Both the position numbers and the translations under genes were made by a program. Below are positions 9,002-19,213 of a stretch of DNA of 64,000 nt, in pieces. The notes below the pieces were generated by a model. The model did not search any database. It was given only the letters and a program-made list of their open reading frames with translations, and had not been told where the DNA came from. The stretch comes from a virus (Duplodnaviria > Caudoviricetes), in IMG/VR virus record IMGVR_UViG_3300021403_000004, positions 42,871-106,870 of that record; one strand, given 5' to 3'. How positions within the stretch are numbered: position 1 is the stretch's first letter; the number at the start of each line of letters is the position of its first letter.

Positions 9002-10876
9002 TCACGTCACCGTGGCGCGCATGCTCGCCAGCTCCGTCACGGCGGTGTCAATGCTGTGGCCGCCCACGACCGGGCCGGTCACTCCCGGTGCCGGGGCAGT
9101 GCCCGTGCCTGCCGCCAGCCCTGCCGCTGCCGTCACGTTGCTGGAGCTGGCCACGGACGGCGGCTGCGCCGTCCCGTTCCCGGTGCCCGCCCCTGCAGCG
9201 GCCACGGTCACGGCAACGGGCGCCTGGGCAGTGCCTGCAGCAGCGGCCAGCCCTGCGGCGGCCGTCACGGACGGCACCGTGGTGACCACGGCGTTCCAAG
9301 CCGTCCCGGCGCCCGGGGGCAGCCCGGCAATGACAGTAACCTGCGCTGCTGGCGGCTGGGAAGCACCGGCCCCGGCTGCCAGCCCGGTACCGGCCACGAC
9401 TTGCGCGGCAGGCGGCTGCGCGGTCCCGGCACCGGGCGCCCGCCCTGCGCTCGCGGTCACGGCCGCAGCTGGCGGCTGCGCAGTTCCTGCTCCTGGTGCC
9501 CGCCCGGGGCCGGCCGCGATGACGGCGCCTGGCGGCTGCGCGGTTCCCGTCCCGGCAGCCAGGCCCGCGCTGGCAGTCACGCTGGCCACGGGCGGCTGGG
9601 CAGTGCCCGTTCCGGCAGCCAGGCCCGCGCTGATGACCGCCGGGGTCACTTCAAGGTCAGCCCAGTAGTTTTGCGTGCTGCCGGCCGTCGGGGTGGTGAC
9701 CAGCGCCACCAGGTAGGGGTAGACGTCAGGCGGGCCCTGGGTGAAGGTGCCCTGCCCGGCCAGCGTCGTGCCATCGCTGAACGCAGGCGTCCCGCCGGCA
9801 TTGCCGTTGTAGTTGTAGGCCAGTGACGCGGCAGACAGCTGCGGCGCCGAGATGGGGCCGTTGGTGACGCCGCTGGCGCCGATGCCGTTGCGCCAGTAAT
9901 CGGTCTGCGCGTCCTTGGCGAAGCACGCGGCCGGCGAGGCAGCGCCGTTGTACACGCCGGCCTTGTACTTGCCCGCAGGGAGGGTCGCGCTCAGCGTGCA
10001 CGAGATCCACCCGGACGCCGCGGCGCCCGACCACGACGGCGCCGCGTTCGTGGCGGCCAGGGTGCCCGTCAGGCCGCCGCCGGTGATGCTCCAGATGTTC
10101 GCCGCGGTCGCCAGCTGCGTCGCGCCTGATGGTGAGTAGTACCAGAGCTTGCTGACCACGCACGCCTGCGACAGCGCGATCTCGGTGGCGACCTCGTAAT
10201 TGTCCGGGGCATCGGAGACGATCGACGGGTTCGGCGGCCCGGTGTTCGGCCACAGCCGGTACGTCCCCGCGTACCCGGCAGGGGCCGTGTCGGAGACGCT
10301 GGCGTCCATCCAGAAGTTGCCGTTGTTGCTGCCCGTGAAAGGCATGTTCACGGTCGCGTCCGTGCCTGCCGTGGAGAAAACGCCCTGCGGGTTGCCGAAC
10401 GGGTCCGGCGCGGAAAAGCCCTGGTCCGAGAACGCGAACAGGGGCCCGCTGGTGATGCCCGATGTGTGGCCGCCGGAGCCGTACGAGTCAGCCGCGCCCG
10501 TGCCCGCGCCGGTCGTGTCGGAATCGCTGAAGCCGTGCAAGGTGACCGCAGCCCAGCCGGTGCACGCGTTGTACGTGCTGCCGATCGACAGCTGAATGGG
10601 CGTGCTGAGGGCGACGAAGTTCCACTGCCCGGCCGTCAGCGTCCCGGACGTGACCGTCGCAGCGGGCAGCAGCGTCCCGGTGCCGGCGCCGTCGACGTGC
10701 CACAGCGCGAACTTCCGCGCCGTCACGTCCTCGCCGGTGGCCACCCACTTCCAGTAGCCGGTGAACCACATGCCGCCCTGGGTCACCCGGAACAGGACGC
10801 CCACCAGGATGTTGCCGGTGTAGGGCACCGGCGAGGACGGGCCGTTAGTGGCCGGGAACAGCCGGTACGTCGTCAT
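9002..10876 (-). CDS. Virion protein with two DUF4082-like domains and an Ala/Gly/Thr repeat stalk
   Basis: GVLF.V...GQWNFVALSTP and NYWADLEV motifs; AGLAAGTGTAQPP repeats. Confidence 0.75.
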   Translation of the reverse strand: MTTYRLFPATNGPSSPVPYTGNILVGVLFRVTQGGMWFTGYWKWVATGEDVTARKFALWHVDGAGTGTLLPAATVTSGTLTAGQWNFVALSTPIQLSIGSTYNACTGWAAVTLHGFSDSDTTGAGTGAADSYGSGGHTSGITSGPLFAFSDQGFSAPDPFGNPQGVFSTAGTDATVNMPFTGSNNGNFWMDASVSDTAPAGYAGTYRLWPNTGPPNPSIVSDAPDNYEVATEIALSQACVVSKLWYYSPSGATQLATAANIWSITGGGLTGTLAATNAAPSWSGAAASGWISCTLSATLPAGKYKAGVYNGAASPAACFAKDAQTDYWRNGIGASGVTNGPISAPQLSAASLAYNYNGNAGGTPAFSDGTTLAGQGTFTQGPPDVYPYLVALVTTPTAGSTQNYWADLEVTPAVISAGLAAGTGTAQPPVASVTASAGLAAGTGTAQPPGAVIAAGPGRAPGAGTAQPPAAAVTASAGRAPGAGTAQPPAAQVVAGTGLAAGAGASQPPAAQVTVIAGLPPGAGTAWNAVVTTVPSVTAAAGLAAAAGTAQAPVAVTVAAAGAGTGNGTAQPPSVASSSNVTAAAGLAAGTGTAPAPGVTGPVVGGHSIDTAVTELASMRATVT

Positions 10877-13800
10877 GCGCCGCCTCCGGGGAAGGTCACC
10901 GTTGCCCGGCTGCTGGCAGCTGGCGTCACGCTGGCGCCAGCGCTGTAGCCCTTGATGACGTTCGCGGCAGCTGACACGGCGGGCAGCGGGGCCACCGCCA
11001 GCGAGCTGGCCAGCTGGGCCCGGGCCGTCACCACGGCGGCTGCAGCCAGCGCTGCCGCGGTCGCAGCCGCCAGCACGGGCGTCCGGGCCGGGACCGCGGC
11101 CTGCGCGGTTCCTGCGCCCGTGGCCAGTGCGGCACTGGCGGTCACGCTCGCCACGGGCGGCTGGGCAGCCCCGGTCCCGGCGCCCAGGCCGGGAGCCTCA
11201 GCTGCCTGCGCTACCGGGCTGAGGGCCGCGCCCGTGCCTGCTGGCAGTCCCGGCACCCGGCCAGGCACGGGCGGCTGGGCAGTGCCCGTGCCAGCGCCCA
11301 GGCCCGCTGCGGCGACAGCTTGCGCACCAGGAGACTGCGCCGTGCCTGCGCCCGTGGCCAGCCCGGCACTCGCCGTCGTGCTGCCTGACGTGGACGCCGT
11401 GGCCGTCAGTGCCGCGCCCGTACCGGAAGCCAGCCCGGCAAGGACGGTGACCTGCGCACCAGGGGGCTGGGACGTGCCCGCACTGACGGCCGTGCCCGGC
11501 GTGAGCGCCACGGCTGGCTGCTGCGCGGTCCCGGCACCGGGCGCCAGCCCGGCACTGACCGCGTCTTGTACTGCCGGGAGCTGGGCCGTGCCAGCGCCCG
11601 TGACCAGCCCGGCGGCTGCCGCGAGCTGCGCGGCCGGGGCTTGCGCGGTTCCCGTGCCGGAGGCAAGGCCAGAAGCCGTTGCCGCGGTGGCCACGGGCGG
11701 CTGCGCGGTCCCGGTTCCGGTGGCAAGGCCCGGCTGCGCGGTAACTTGCGCACCCGGAGCCTGGGACGTGCCCGCGCCCGCAGCCAGCCCGGCATTTGCC
11801 GTGGTGTTCCCTGACGTCGATGCTGACGGGGCAAGTGCCGTGCCCGTCCCGGCAGCCAGCCCGGCACTGACGGTGACTTGCGCACCCGGAGCCTGGGCGG
11901 TGCCCGTGCCCGTGGCCAGTCCCGTGCTGGCAATCGCGAGCGCTCCCGGGGCCTGGGACGCGCCCGTGCCTGCGGCCAGTCCCGCGCTGGCAATGACCTG
12001 CGCTCCCGGGGGCTGGGACGTGCCCGTGCCTGCGGCCAGTCCCGCGCTGGCAATGACCTGCGCTCCCGGGGGCTGGGACGTGCCCGTGCCTGCGGCCAGT
12101 CCCGCGCTGGCAATGACCTGCGCTCCCGGGGGCTGGGACGTGCCCGTGCCTGCGGCCAGTCCTGGAGCAGCCGTGACCTGCGCGCCCGGAGCCTGGGAAG
12201 TACCTGTCCCGGCAGCCAGCCCGGCAGGAGCGGCAGCCACGGCAAGGGGGGTGTCCAGCGCCGCGCCGGTGCCCGTGGCCAGCCCCGGAACTGCCGTGAC
12301 GACGGCAAGAGGGGTATCGAGTGCCGCGCCCGTCCCGGCAGCCAGGCCCGCTGGCGCCGTGGTGGCCGGCACCGTGGCCGCCGGGCTGGCGATGGCCTGC
12401 TGCTGGCGCCGGTAGCGCCGCTGCCACAGGTCCGACCCGGGCTGCACGGGCGGCGCCGTCACGGCCGGCTGGGCAGGCGGCCCCTGGAAGGCCAGCACCC
12501 AGTCGGGATCGCCCTGGCTGTTGCTGCCCTTGGCCGTGGAATTGTACGTCGTGCCCGTGGCAGCAGGCGACGTGGCGCCGTTGACGGGGTCAATCCAGGT
12601 CGCGGTGTACCCGGGATTCAGCAGCGCCTGGTTGACGGTGATCGTGGTGGCGTGGCTGAGGTACACCACGGCCAGCGAGCCGTCTGGCGTGATGGAGCCG
12701 GTGACGTAGGCGTCCGTCGTGGAGGACTCATACTGGCTGGTGGTGTACGTGGAGTGCGTGCCGCGCCCGGACGTGATGAACTGGCTGGCCGTGTCCGGCA
12801 GCAGGTTCTGCCAGCCGGGCAGCCCCTCGAACGCCGTCCTGATCGCCAGCGCGCTGTTCTTCCAGAACCAGCCGGTCGCCGCCTGGTTCTGGGCGGTGGC
12901 CGGCCACTCCCAGACGCCCTCATCACCGTGGATCTTGCCGCGCGCGCCTGACGACAGCGCCCACCAGGACTCTTGCCGGAAATTGCGGTCGAACGCGAAG
13001 CTCGACCCGCCGACGTACGATGAGCCGCCCTGGTAGAAGTAGCCGTCCCCGGCGATCACCGGCACGGTGCCGTCAGCCGAGTACGCCAGCTCAACCCCGT
13101 AGTAGATGACCTGGTAGCTGTAGACGAAGTTGTACTGGGCGTTGGCGAAGCCCCACGCCTGGTGGGTGTTATTGCCGTCCAGCGTCAGGCGGCTGGTGGT
13201 CTCGGGATTGTTCTCGATGGACACCACGTGCGCGTCCCCGGCCGCGCGCACGCCCGTCATGAACGCCGTGATCAGCGCGTCATTCTCGCCGAAGTAGTCA
13301 TCGGCAAGGTTCCAGACGAGGTTGGGCAGGCCTTTGTACCGGTTGCCGAGCGCTGTGCCGTACGCGGTGAACTCTGCCGCCGACTTGCCGAACAACGGCC
13401 CGGGACCGGAGCTGAAGTCGCTATCGTAGCCGATGGCGTTCAGGAACACGCAGATGCCCTTGGCCCGGGCGCTGGCCAGGAAGTAGTCGATCCGCTGCCA
13501 GTACGCTTCCGTCAGGCCCGACGACGGGCTCGCGCCCGATGTCCCGGTTGACGGCGCGCCGCCCTGGAAGGGGTACAGCCCGTCGAACGTCACGCCCTGG
13601 TCGTTGATGTTGCCGGACTGGGTGGTGCCCATCGGCTTGGTGTAGACGACGTTGACGCCCTGGGCCTGGCGGGTGGCCAGGTAAGTGTCGTAGTCGGCCT
13701 GCCAGGCGCCGGACGTCCAGCGCCCCACGTTGCCGCACAGCGCCCAGGCTGCGTCGCCCCACACCAGCCGGGGCGTGCCGTACTGGTCGGTGAAGTACCC

Positions 13801-14745
13801 GTTCGCGCCGCCCGCGGTGCCCGTGATGACCGGCGGGTCAATGAACCGGTACCAGGGGATGTTGGGATTGCGCCAGCGGTGCCGGAAGAACACGCCGCCC
13901 GGCTGGGCAGGCAGCGACGGCGGCGCGGGCGTGGATGCCTGCCCGTCCAGGCCGGAGCCGGCGGCGGCCGCCAGCCCGGCCATGACGGGCGGCGGCAGGC
14001 TGCTCGGGACGGGCTGCTGCGGGCGCCTCCACCAGCGCCGCCAGGACGCGCTGCCCGGCTGCGGGGCTGGCGGCAGTGACGGCGGCGGGGCGGCCAGCTT
14101 GAACGCGACCAGGAGCAGGCCCCAGGTGGTGGCCCCGGAGATCGCCCAGGACAGGGACTCCAGGCCGCCCGTGGAGTTGCCGTAGCCCGCCACGAGCTGC
14201 GCGCTGTTGCTGGACCCCGAGTTCACCGCGGAGGAATAACCGGACAGCGTGTACGTGCTGCCGTACCCGGCGTCGCCCGCCATGCCGAGCAGGAACTCGC
14301 CCGCCGTGGCCGAGGAGTACGTCGTGCCGCCGGTGATGGTGGCTGGCGATGCCGTGCCCGTGTTGTGCCCGGCAGTGCCGTCCAGGATGGCCGTGGTGCT
14401 GCCCGCCTGGAGCCCGGCTACCTCAAGCAGGCCGGCGACGGCGCCGAAGTTCGTGCCGTTGGTGCACGTGATGACGGGCTTGAGGCCGGCATCGCCCGCT
14501 GGGGTGTCCAGCGCCCAGAAGGACAGGCCGCCCTGGCCCGACGGGTAGGCAACGGACCCGATGCTCGTGAAGCTGTTGGCCGCCGCGTCCTTGACGGTCG
14601 TGGGAACGGTGACCGTGTTGGAGTCCAGCGACACCACGACGATCAGCTTGGAGCCCGATGACAGGCTCGCCGTGGACGGCGTGACCGTGCAGTTGCCGGA
14701 GCCGGCCACGGCACCGGTGGCTGACTGGAGGACGGACCAGCTCAC
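10873..14745 (-). CDS. 1290-aa virion protein with a DUF4038/apiosidase-like glycoside hydrolase, a collagen-binding-like domain and a 20-aa repeat stalk
   Basis: YFTDQYGTP...WGDAAW, AYWQRID, LGNRYK.LPNLVW, YTATWIDPVNG, DWVL motifs; long C-terminal repeat region. Confidence 0.8.
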   Translation of the reverse strand: MSWSVLQSATGAVAGSGNCTVTPSTASLSSGSKLIVVVSLDSNTVTVPTTVKDAAANSFTSIGSVAYPSGQGGLSFWALDTPAGDAGLKPVITCTNGTNFGAVAGLLEVAGLQAGSTTAILDGTAGHNTGTASPATITGGTTYSSATAGEFLLGMAGDAGYGSTYTLSGYSSAVNSGSSNSAQLVAGYGNSTGGLESLSWAISGATTWGLLLVAFKLAAPPPSLPPAPQPGSASWRRWWRRPQQPVPSSLPPPVMAGLAAAAGSGLDGQASTPAPPSLPAQPGGVFFRHRWRNPNIPWYRFIDPPVITGTAGGANGYFTDQYGTPRLVWGDAAWALCGNVGRWTSGAWQADYDTYLATRQAQGVNVVYTKPMGTTQSGNINDQGVTFDGLYPFQGGAPSTGTSGASPSSGLTEAYWQRIDYFLASARAKGICVFLNAIGYDSDFSSGPGPLFGKSAAEFTAYGTALGNRYKGLPNLVWNLADDYFGENDALITAFMTGVRAAGDAHVVSIENNPETTSRLTLDGNNTHQAWGFANAQYNFVYSYQVIYYGVELAYSADGTVPVIAGDGYFYQGGSSYVGGSSFAFDRNFRQESWWALSSGARGKIHGDEGVWEWPATAQNQAATGWFWKNSALAIRTAFEGLPGWQNLLPDTASQFITSGRGTHSTYTTSQYESSTTDAYVTGSITPDGSLAVVYLSHATTITVNQALLNPGYTATWIDPVNGATSPAATGTTYNSTAKGSNSQGDPDWVLAFQGPPAQPAVTAPPVQPGSDLWQRRYRRQQQAIASPAATVPATTAPAGLAAGTGAALDTPLAVVTAVPGLATGTGAALDTPLAVAAAPAGLAAGTGTSQAPGAQVTAAPGLAAGTGTSQPPGAQVIASAGLAAGTGTSQPPGAQVIASAGLAAGTGTSQPPGAQVIASAGLAAGTGASQAPGALAIASTGLATGTGTAQAPGAQVTVSAGLAAGTGTALAPSASTSGNTTANAGLAAGAGTSQAPGAQVTAQPGLATGTGTAQPPVATAATASGLASGTGTAQAPAAQLAAAAGLVTGAGTAQLPAVQDAVSAGLAPGAGTAQQPAVALTPGTAVSAGTSQPPGAQVTVLAGLASGTGAALTATASTSGSTTASAGLATGAGTAQSPGAQAVAAAGLGAGTGTAQPPVPGRVPGLPAGTGAALSPVAQAAEAPGLGAGTGAAQPPVASVTASAALATGAGTAQAAVPARTPVLAAATAAALAAAAVVTARAQLASSLAVAPLPAVSAAANVIKGYSAGASVTPAASSRATVTFPGGGA
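11941..12180. repeat. Near-perfect 60-bp coding tandem repeat (AGLAAGTGTSQPPGAQVIAS)
   Basis: Lines 11941, 12001, 12061 and 12121 are nearly identical. Confidence 0.9.
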
Positions 14746-14785
14746 GCGTGCCCACCTCCTGCCAGGTCAGGCCGGACTGCCCCCC

Positions 14786-15367
14786 TCAGTTCTCGCCGTA
14801 GACCCGCATCTGGGTCAGCGTCGTGCTGTTGGCGGCGTTGGAGGCAGACCAGGTCCCGAACAATTCCAGGAACAGGCTGATCTCGTTGTTCACGCCCGTC
14901 AGGTTGTTGGAGAACATCAGCGACTGGGGCGCCGTCGACCACACGGACGTGGCCACGACGGCCACCCGGATCTCGCCGTTGGCCTGCAGCGTGGTGCCCA
15001 GGTTGCCAACTGCCTGGCAGGTGACGTCGCAGTCGATGGACCACGGGAAGACGGTGGTGATCGCCGGGGTCAGCGTGGCGGACGTGAACAGCGTCGCGCC
15101 GCCAGTGCCCGCGATCGTCCCGGCCGCGGCGTCCAGGCCGGCGGCGTAGACGAACGTGGCCGTGCCCGCCACCGACGTGATGGTGCCCTCAGCCTTGAGG
15201 TGCAGGGCCTTGCCCGGGTAGGTGAAGTAGCCGGCCGGGATCAGGCAGCGCGGGATGGATGATGACGCGATGGCCGAGATAGGCGCCTGCGTAGTGTACG
15301 TGTTCTTGGTGACCGAGGCAGGAAGGGAGTACAGCAGTTCCCCCTGGGTCATGGTATAACCGCTCAA
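14786..15367 (-). CDS. Putative virion structural protein
   Basis: 193-aa beta-rich Thr/Ala-rich ORF within the structural block. Confidence 0.65.
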   Translation of the reverse strand: MSGYTMTQGELLYSLPASVTKNTYTTQAPISAIASSSIPRCLIPAGYFTYPGKALHLKAEGTITSVAGTATFVYAAGLDAAAGTIAGTGGATLFTSATLTPAITTVFPWSIDCDVTCQAVGNLGTTLQANGEIRVAVVATSVWSTAPQSLMFSNNLTGVNNEISLFLELFGTWSASNAANSTTLTQMRVYGEN

Positions 15368-15426
15368 GATGATCTCCTTTTGACCGGAATCAGAGCGTTC
15401 CCAAAGAAATGTGTTATGCTCAGAGC

Positions 15427-16017
15427 ATGGCTAACAAAAGGAGATTTACGCCGAAGCAAGATTCCGACATTGCTGCCCTCTACGTCGACAAAGGCCTGAC
15501 GATGGACGCCATCGCTGCGCGGTACGTGAACGCATCGGTTAACAGCGTCCGGAATTCGCTGCTGCGCAGTAACGTGACTATCAGGCCGAAGAACAGTCCA
15601 CGGCCTGATGAGGACTGGCCTGTCTGCTCCTGTGGCGGGCGCGTGATCTACAAGACGGCCGGCCAGTGCGCAAGCTGCTACCACCGGGAGCGCAATCGTG
15701 TGCCTGAAGTCAGAGAGGCAAAATTCACCTGGTGGCTTCGAAAAGCACATGGCATGAGCCGGGAAGCTTACGATGCCATGCTGGCCGCGCAAGACGGGGT
15801 ATGTGCAATCTGCCGCAGTCCTGACCCACGAGGACACCGGCTCGCGGTCGACCACGATCATGCTTGCTGCCCTGGTGAGGGATCGGCATGCAGCTCGTGC
15901 ATCCGCGGACTGCTGTGCGTGAGCTGCAATACGGCACTTGGATCGCTTCATGACGACGTGAGGCTTGCTGAAGCCCTCATCGCCTACCTGAAGCACACCC
16001 GTAGTAATCATGGCTGA
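15427..16017 (+). CDS. Endonuclease VII-family homing endonuclease with N-terminal HTH
   Basis: YDAML.AQDGVCAIC...LAVDHDH...IRGLLC..CN.ALG; antisense insertion with its own TATGCT -10. Confidence 0.9.
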   Translation: MANKRRFTPKQDSDIAALYVDKGLTMDAIAARYVNASVNSVRNSLLRSNVTIRPKNSPRPDEDWPVCSCGGRVIYKTAGQCASCYHRERNRVPEVREAKFTWWLRKAHGMSREAYDAMLAAQDGVCAICRSPDPRGHRLAVDHDHACCPGEGSACSSCIRGLLCVSCNTALGSLHDDVRLAEALIAYLKHTRSNHG

Positions 16018-16545
16018 TCACGTCGTGATGCTGAAGACGGTGCCGCTGCTGTACCCGGTGGTGAACCAGGCAATGGTGAACGTGCCCGCCGTCACCGATT
16101 GCGACCCGCCGAAGTAATTGAAGCAGAATCCCTGGTTGGCGACGGTTCCCGCGGTGATGGACGTGCAGTACACCAGGTCGCCGAAGACCGCGCTGACCGT
16201 GACGGTCGTCCAGCTGGCATTGGCGGCATGGAACGCCAGCGCATTGGTGGCCGTCCCGTCAATGCCGTAGGACAGCGTGCCCAGGGCCGTGCCGCCCGCG
16301 GTGTAGTTCGTGCCGGATGCCTCATTGGCCGTCACCCACGGGCCGCCGGCGCCGTTGTAGCCGATGTGCGCCATCGTGTCGGTGTTCAGCGGCGTGGTCG
16401 TCAGGTACAGGGCGGCCTTGAAGCCGTTGTTGGCGATGCCCGTGGTGACCCAGCCCGTGGGCAGGGACGTCCCGCTGCCGGCCGTCGCCTGCAGCAGGGG
16501 GTTGTTCATGGTCTGCGTGAAGATGGCACTACCTGACCAGGCCAC
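16018..16545 (-). CDS. Putative virion structural protein
   Basis: FKAALY...NEASGTNYTAGG..L...FGGSQSVTAGTFTIAW pattern seen in phage minor structural proteins. Confidence 0.65.
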   Translation of the reverse strand: MAWSGSAIFTQTMNNPLLQATAGSGTSLPTGWVTTGIANNGFKAALYLTTTPLNTDTMAHIGYNGAGGPWVTANEASGTNYTAGGTALGTLSYGIDGTATNALAFHAANASWTTVTVSAVFGDLVYCTSITAGTVANQGFCFNYFGGSQSVTAGTFTIAWFTTGYSSGTVFSITT

Positions 16546-16548
16546 GGC

Positions 16549-16872
16549 CTAGACCTCCGTTGCGAGCACGGCCCGTGCGAGGCCTGCGTTGACGAGCACG
16601 TCATCGTGGTCGTTGAAGAGGGTGCGGACGGACATGTACGCCTTGCCGTCCTCGCCCATGGCCTGCAGGTCCGCGCCCAGGTAGTCCTGGCGCTCTTCAG
16701 CCACGACGGAGCACCGCGTCCCTGTCCGTACCAGGGGCGCGGTGAGCATGTGCAGGCGCGGGCACGTGTGAAAGCGGGACGACCCCGGGGGCAGTGCGGG
16801 AGTCCGGTCTGTAGTATTACAATTGGGGCAGTGCCAGTCTTCGTACGGGACCTTCAGGAGCGGGACGTCCAC
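16549..16872 (-). CDS. Zinc-binding hypothetical protein
   Basis: WHCPNC...FHTC..L..LTAPLV. Confidence 0.65.
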   Translation of the reverse strand: MDVPLLKVPYEDWHCPNCNTTDRTPALPPGSSRFHTCPRLHMLTAPLVRTGTRCSVVAEERQDYLGADLQAMGEDGKAYMSVRTLFNDHDDVLVNAGLARAVLATEV

Positions 16873-16982
16873 CCGGAGGGCCTCCAGCCACTCAGGTGAT
16901 TGCTTCCTGGCTCCCTGACCTGGGCCGCAGCGTTACCGACAGTGTAACGTAGCGCGTCCCGTGCTGGGCGGTCCTGCGGCGC

Positions 16983-17600
16983 TTACTTCTTGAGCGCCAG
17001 CATGATGCCCAGGACCACCGACACCAGCACGCTGATCACCATGATGACGGGGACGATCACCTGGTTCAGGTCGGTGCGCCCGGCCCGTCCCTCAGCCCGC
17101 TGCGCCAGCTCGCCTGCCGTCGTGCCGGACGCGGTGTCCAGCCGGGACGTGAGCCGCAGCTCCAGCTTGCCGATCAGCTCGCTGAGGGCAGCCAGCCTGT
17201 CCTCCAGCGCCTGGCGCGCCCCGGCGTACTCCTGCCGGGGCACGAAGTGCGCAGCCTGGTCAGACAGCGTCTTGCGGAACTCATTGACGGACTGGAACCG
17301 GGCTTCATTAGAGGTGGCCGCCACGCCCACGGCCTTTTCTGCGCTGCCCAGTGCCGTGGCAGTTGCCTTCTCCGCGGCGGCGAACGCCGCGTCCAGGGCC
17401 TTGACCTGGGTGGCGTAACGCTCGTCCAGCAGCGTGCTCAGGCTGGCGATCTTGATGTCCGTCAGCTCGCGAAGCGCCGCCAGCTCCCGGCGGTACTGCA
17501 CCGTGACCTGCTCAATGGCCGCATTGGTGAGCAGCGTCGGGTCCGGGCGCGGCACCAGGTCCTGCTGCTGCCAGCCCGGCGGCACGGAAGTGCCCTCCAT
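16983..17600 (-). CDS. Coiled-coil protein with C-terminal TM helix (possible lysis-associated)
   Basis: RFQSVNEFRKTLSDQ motif; hydrophobic C-terminus; TATGAT 6 nt before ATG. Confidence 0.7.
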   Translation of the reverse strand: MEGTSVPPGWQQQDLVPRPDPTLLTNAAIEQVTVQYRRELAALRELTDIKIASLSTLLDERYATQVKALDAAFAAAEKATATALGSAEKAVGVAATSNEARFQSVNEFRKTLSDQAAHFVPRQEYAGARQALEDRLAALSELIGKLELRLTSRLDTASGTTAGELAQRAEGRAGRTDLNQVIVPVIMVISVLVSVVLGIMLALKK

Positions 17601-17628
17601 CCCTGGATCATACGGCTCACCTGCTGCC

Positions 17629-17910
17629 TCAGCCCTGCACCGGCGGCTTCCCCAGGCTCATGACATCGTGCGGGGACGCCACGACCAGGGCGCCGCCCAG
17701 CTGGTCGGCCAGCCCTGACAGCGCCCGGGACCAGGCGCGCAGGTCCGTGGCGCTCACGAGCATCGTCAGCGTGGCCGACGACGTCCGGAAGGTCAGCACG
17801 CCCAGCATCCCGCCCGGGGCGTCCATCGTCCCCGCGTCCATCCGGGCCGGCCCCATGGCCAGCAGGGGATTGCCCGGGTCCACGAGGAACGGCTGCCCTG
17901 GCGCGGTCAC
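17629..17910 (-). CDS. Hypothetical protein
   Basis: 93 aa, overlaps upstream stop. Confidence 0.55.
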   Translation of the reverse strand: MTAPGQPFLVDPGNPLLAMGPARMDAGTMDAPGGMLGVLTFRTSSATLTMLVSATDLRAWSRALSGLADQLGGALVVASPHDVMSLGKPPVQG

Positions 17911-18443
17911 GGGTGGCTGCCGGCCAGCGGGAACGAGGCGGAGTCGCCCGTGGCGTAATCCGTCAGCACCAGGGCCGGGCCGTCAGCTGACAGGGCGCCG
18001 GCATCGCCGATGCTCATCACGCACTGGTCAATGCGCAGGCCGCCCAGCGCGCCGGCATCGCGTGCCGGGAAGACCCGGCCGGACACGTCCACGCACGCGA
18101 TGGTCACCGGGACGGTGCGCACCGGCCCCGGGACCGCCACGGTCCGGGTCACCGTCCGGGTGCGCACCGGGCCTGGGACGGCAACCTTCTTCACGACCAC
18201 CGGTCCCGGCACCCGCACCTGCACGGTCCTGGACACGGTGTGTTCCGGGACGGGCATGCCCGCCATCGCCCACGATGCGCCGGCGAGCACCGTGACCACC
18301 ACGGCAGCCAGCAGGAAGACCAGCCGCGCGCCTGCCTGGCGGCGGAACGGGGCCAGCGGCGCGTCCTGCGGCGGGATGACCGGAATCGGGCACGTGTCAT
18401 CATCGGCATGCGAAACGGGCAGCGGCGCGGGTGACTGGGTCAC
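17907..18443 (-). CDS. Membrane-anchored protein with VPGPV repeats
   Basis: One TM segment and three VPGPV repeats. Confidence 0.55.
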   Translation of the reverse strand: MTQSPAPLPVSHADDDTCPIPVIPPQDAPLAPFRRQAGARLVFLLAAVVVTVLAGASWAMAGMPVPEHTVSRTVQVRVPGPVVVKKVAVPGPVRTRTVTRTVAVPGPVRTVPVTIACVDVSGRVFPARDAGALGGLRIDQCVMSIGDAGALSADGPALVLTDYATGDSASFPLAGSHP

Positions 18444-18459
18444 GAGCTCGGCAATCCTC

Positions 18460-18648
18460 TTAACGCTGGCTGGCGGTCCGGCCGAACAGCATGTCCAGCA
18501 CGGCATCGGGGCTGACCTTGCGCGCGAGCAGGGCTGACAGGGCAGCCGCTTCCTTGCCCTCGTAGAAGTCCAGGAGCTGCCCGTCATCAGAAAAGGCCAC
18601 GTACCGGGACGACTCCTGCGGGCCGTCCACGTCCTTGACGATCACCAT
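18460..18648 (-). CDS. Small hypothetical protein
   Basis: GAGG RBS; 62 aa. Confidence 0.5.
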   Translation of the reverse strand: MVIVKDVDGPQESSRYVAFSDDGQLLDFYEGKEAAALSALLARKVSPDAVLDMLFGRTASQR

Positions 18649-18658
18649 CGCGATTACC

Positions 18659-19213
18659 TCACGCGGGGCGCTGCTTGATCCACCGCCGGACTTCCCCGTC
18701 GTCCAGCACGGGCCACCAGTGCTCAGGCGGCGGCGCTTCCAGGTTAGCGCAGATGACCACGCCGCCTGGGCGCACGTCCTGCCAGACTTTCGCCTCCAGC
18801 TCGCGCTGCAGCGCCCTGTCGCGCAGCGGGCGGTTGAACCACAGGAGGTCGAACTTGCCGTAGCCCCCGTAATCCAGGGCGTCAGCGACCTCTGCCGACA
18901 AGCCGAGCTTCCAGGCCTCGTTCACGTACTCCGGGACCCGGTCAATGCCGTGCACGTCCAGGCCGAAGACCTCCTGGGCAATGAGCATCCGGGTTCCCAC
19001 GCCGCTGCCGACTTCAAGGAACGACGTCCCGGAAGACTCCGGCAGCGCCTCTGCCACCAAGGCGATGAAGTCCCAGAGCGGGAACGGCATCCAGGGCGTG
19101 CTGCGCACGTCATCATGCCCGGCGCTGCCTGCCAGCCACTGCCGGTCCAGCAGCTCCGCCTGCCGCAGCGCCACCCTGATCGCCTCGGGCCTGCTGCCCC
19201 CGGGGATGCTCAC
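18659..19213 (-). CDS. Class I SAM-dependent methyltransferase
   Basis: FLEVGSGVG motif I, VHGID, ADAL. Confidence 0.8.
   Translation of the reverse strand: MSIPGGSRPEAIRVALRQAELLDRQWLAGSAGHDDVRSTPWMPFPLWDFIALVAEALPESSGTSFLEVGSGVGTRMLIAQEVFGLDVHGIDRVPEYVNEAWKLGLSAEVADALDYGGYGKFDLLWFNRPLRDRALQRELEAKVWQDVRPGGVVICANLEAPPPEHWWPVLDDGEVRRWIKQRPA

Noticed and set aside
10952-12951. Long alternative-frame and antisense ORFs over the repeat stalk
   Set aside because: Shadow ORFs of GC-rich repetitive coding sequence
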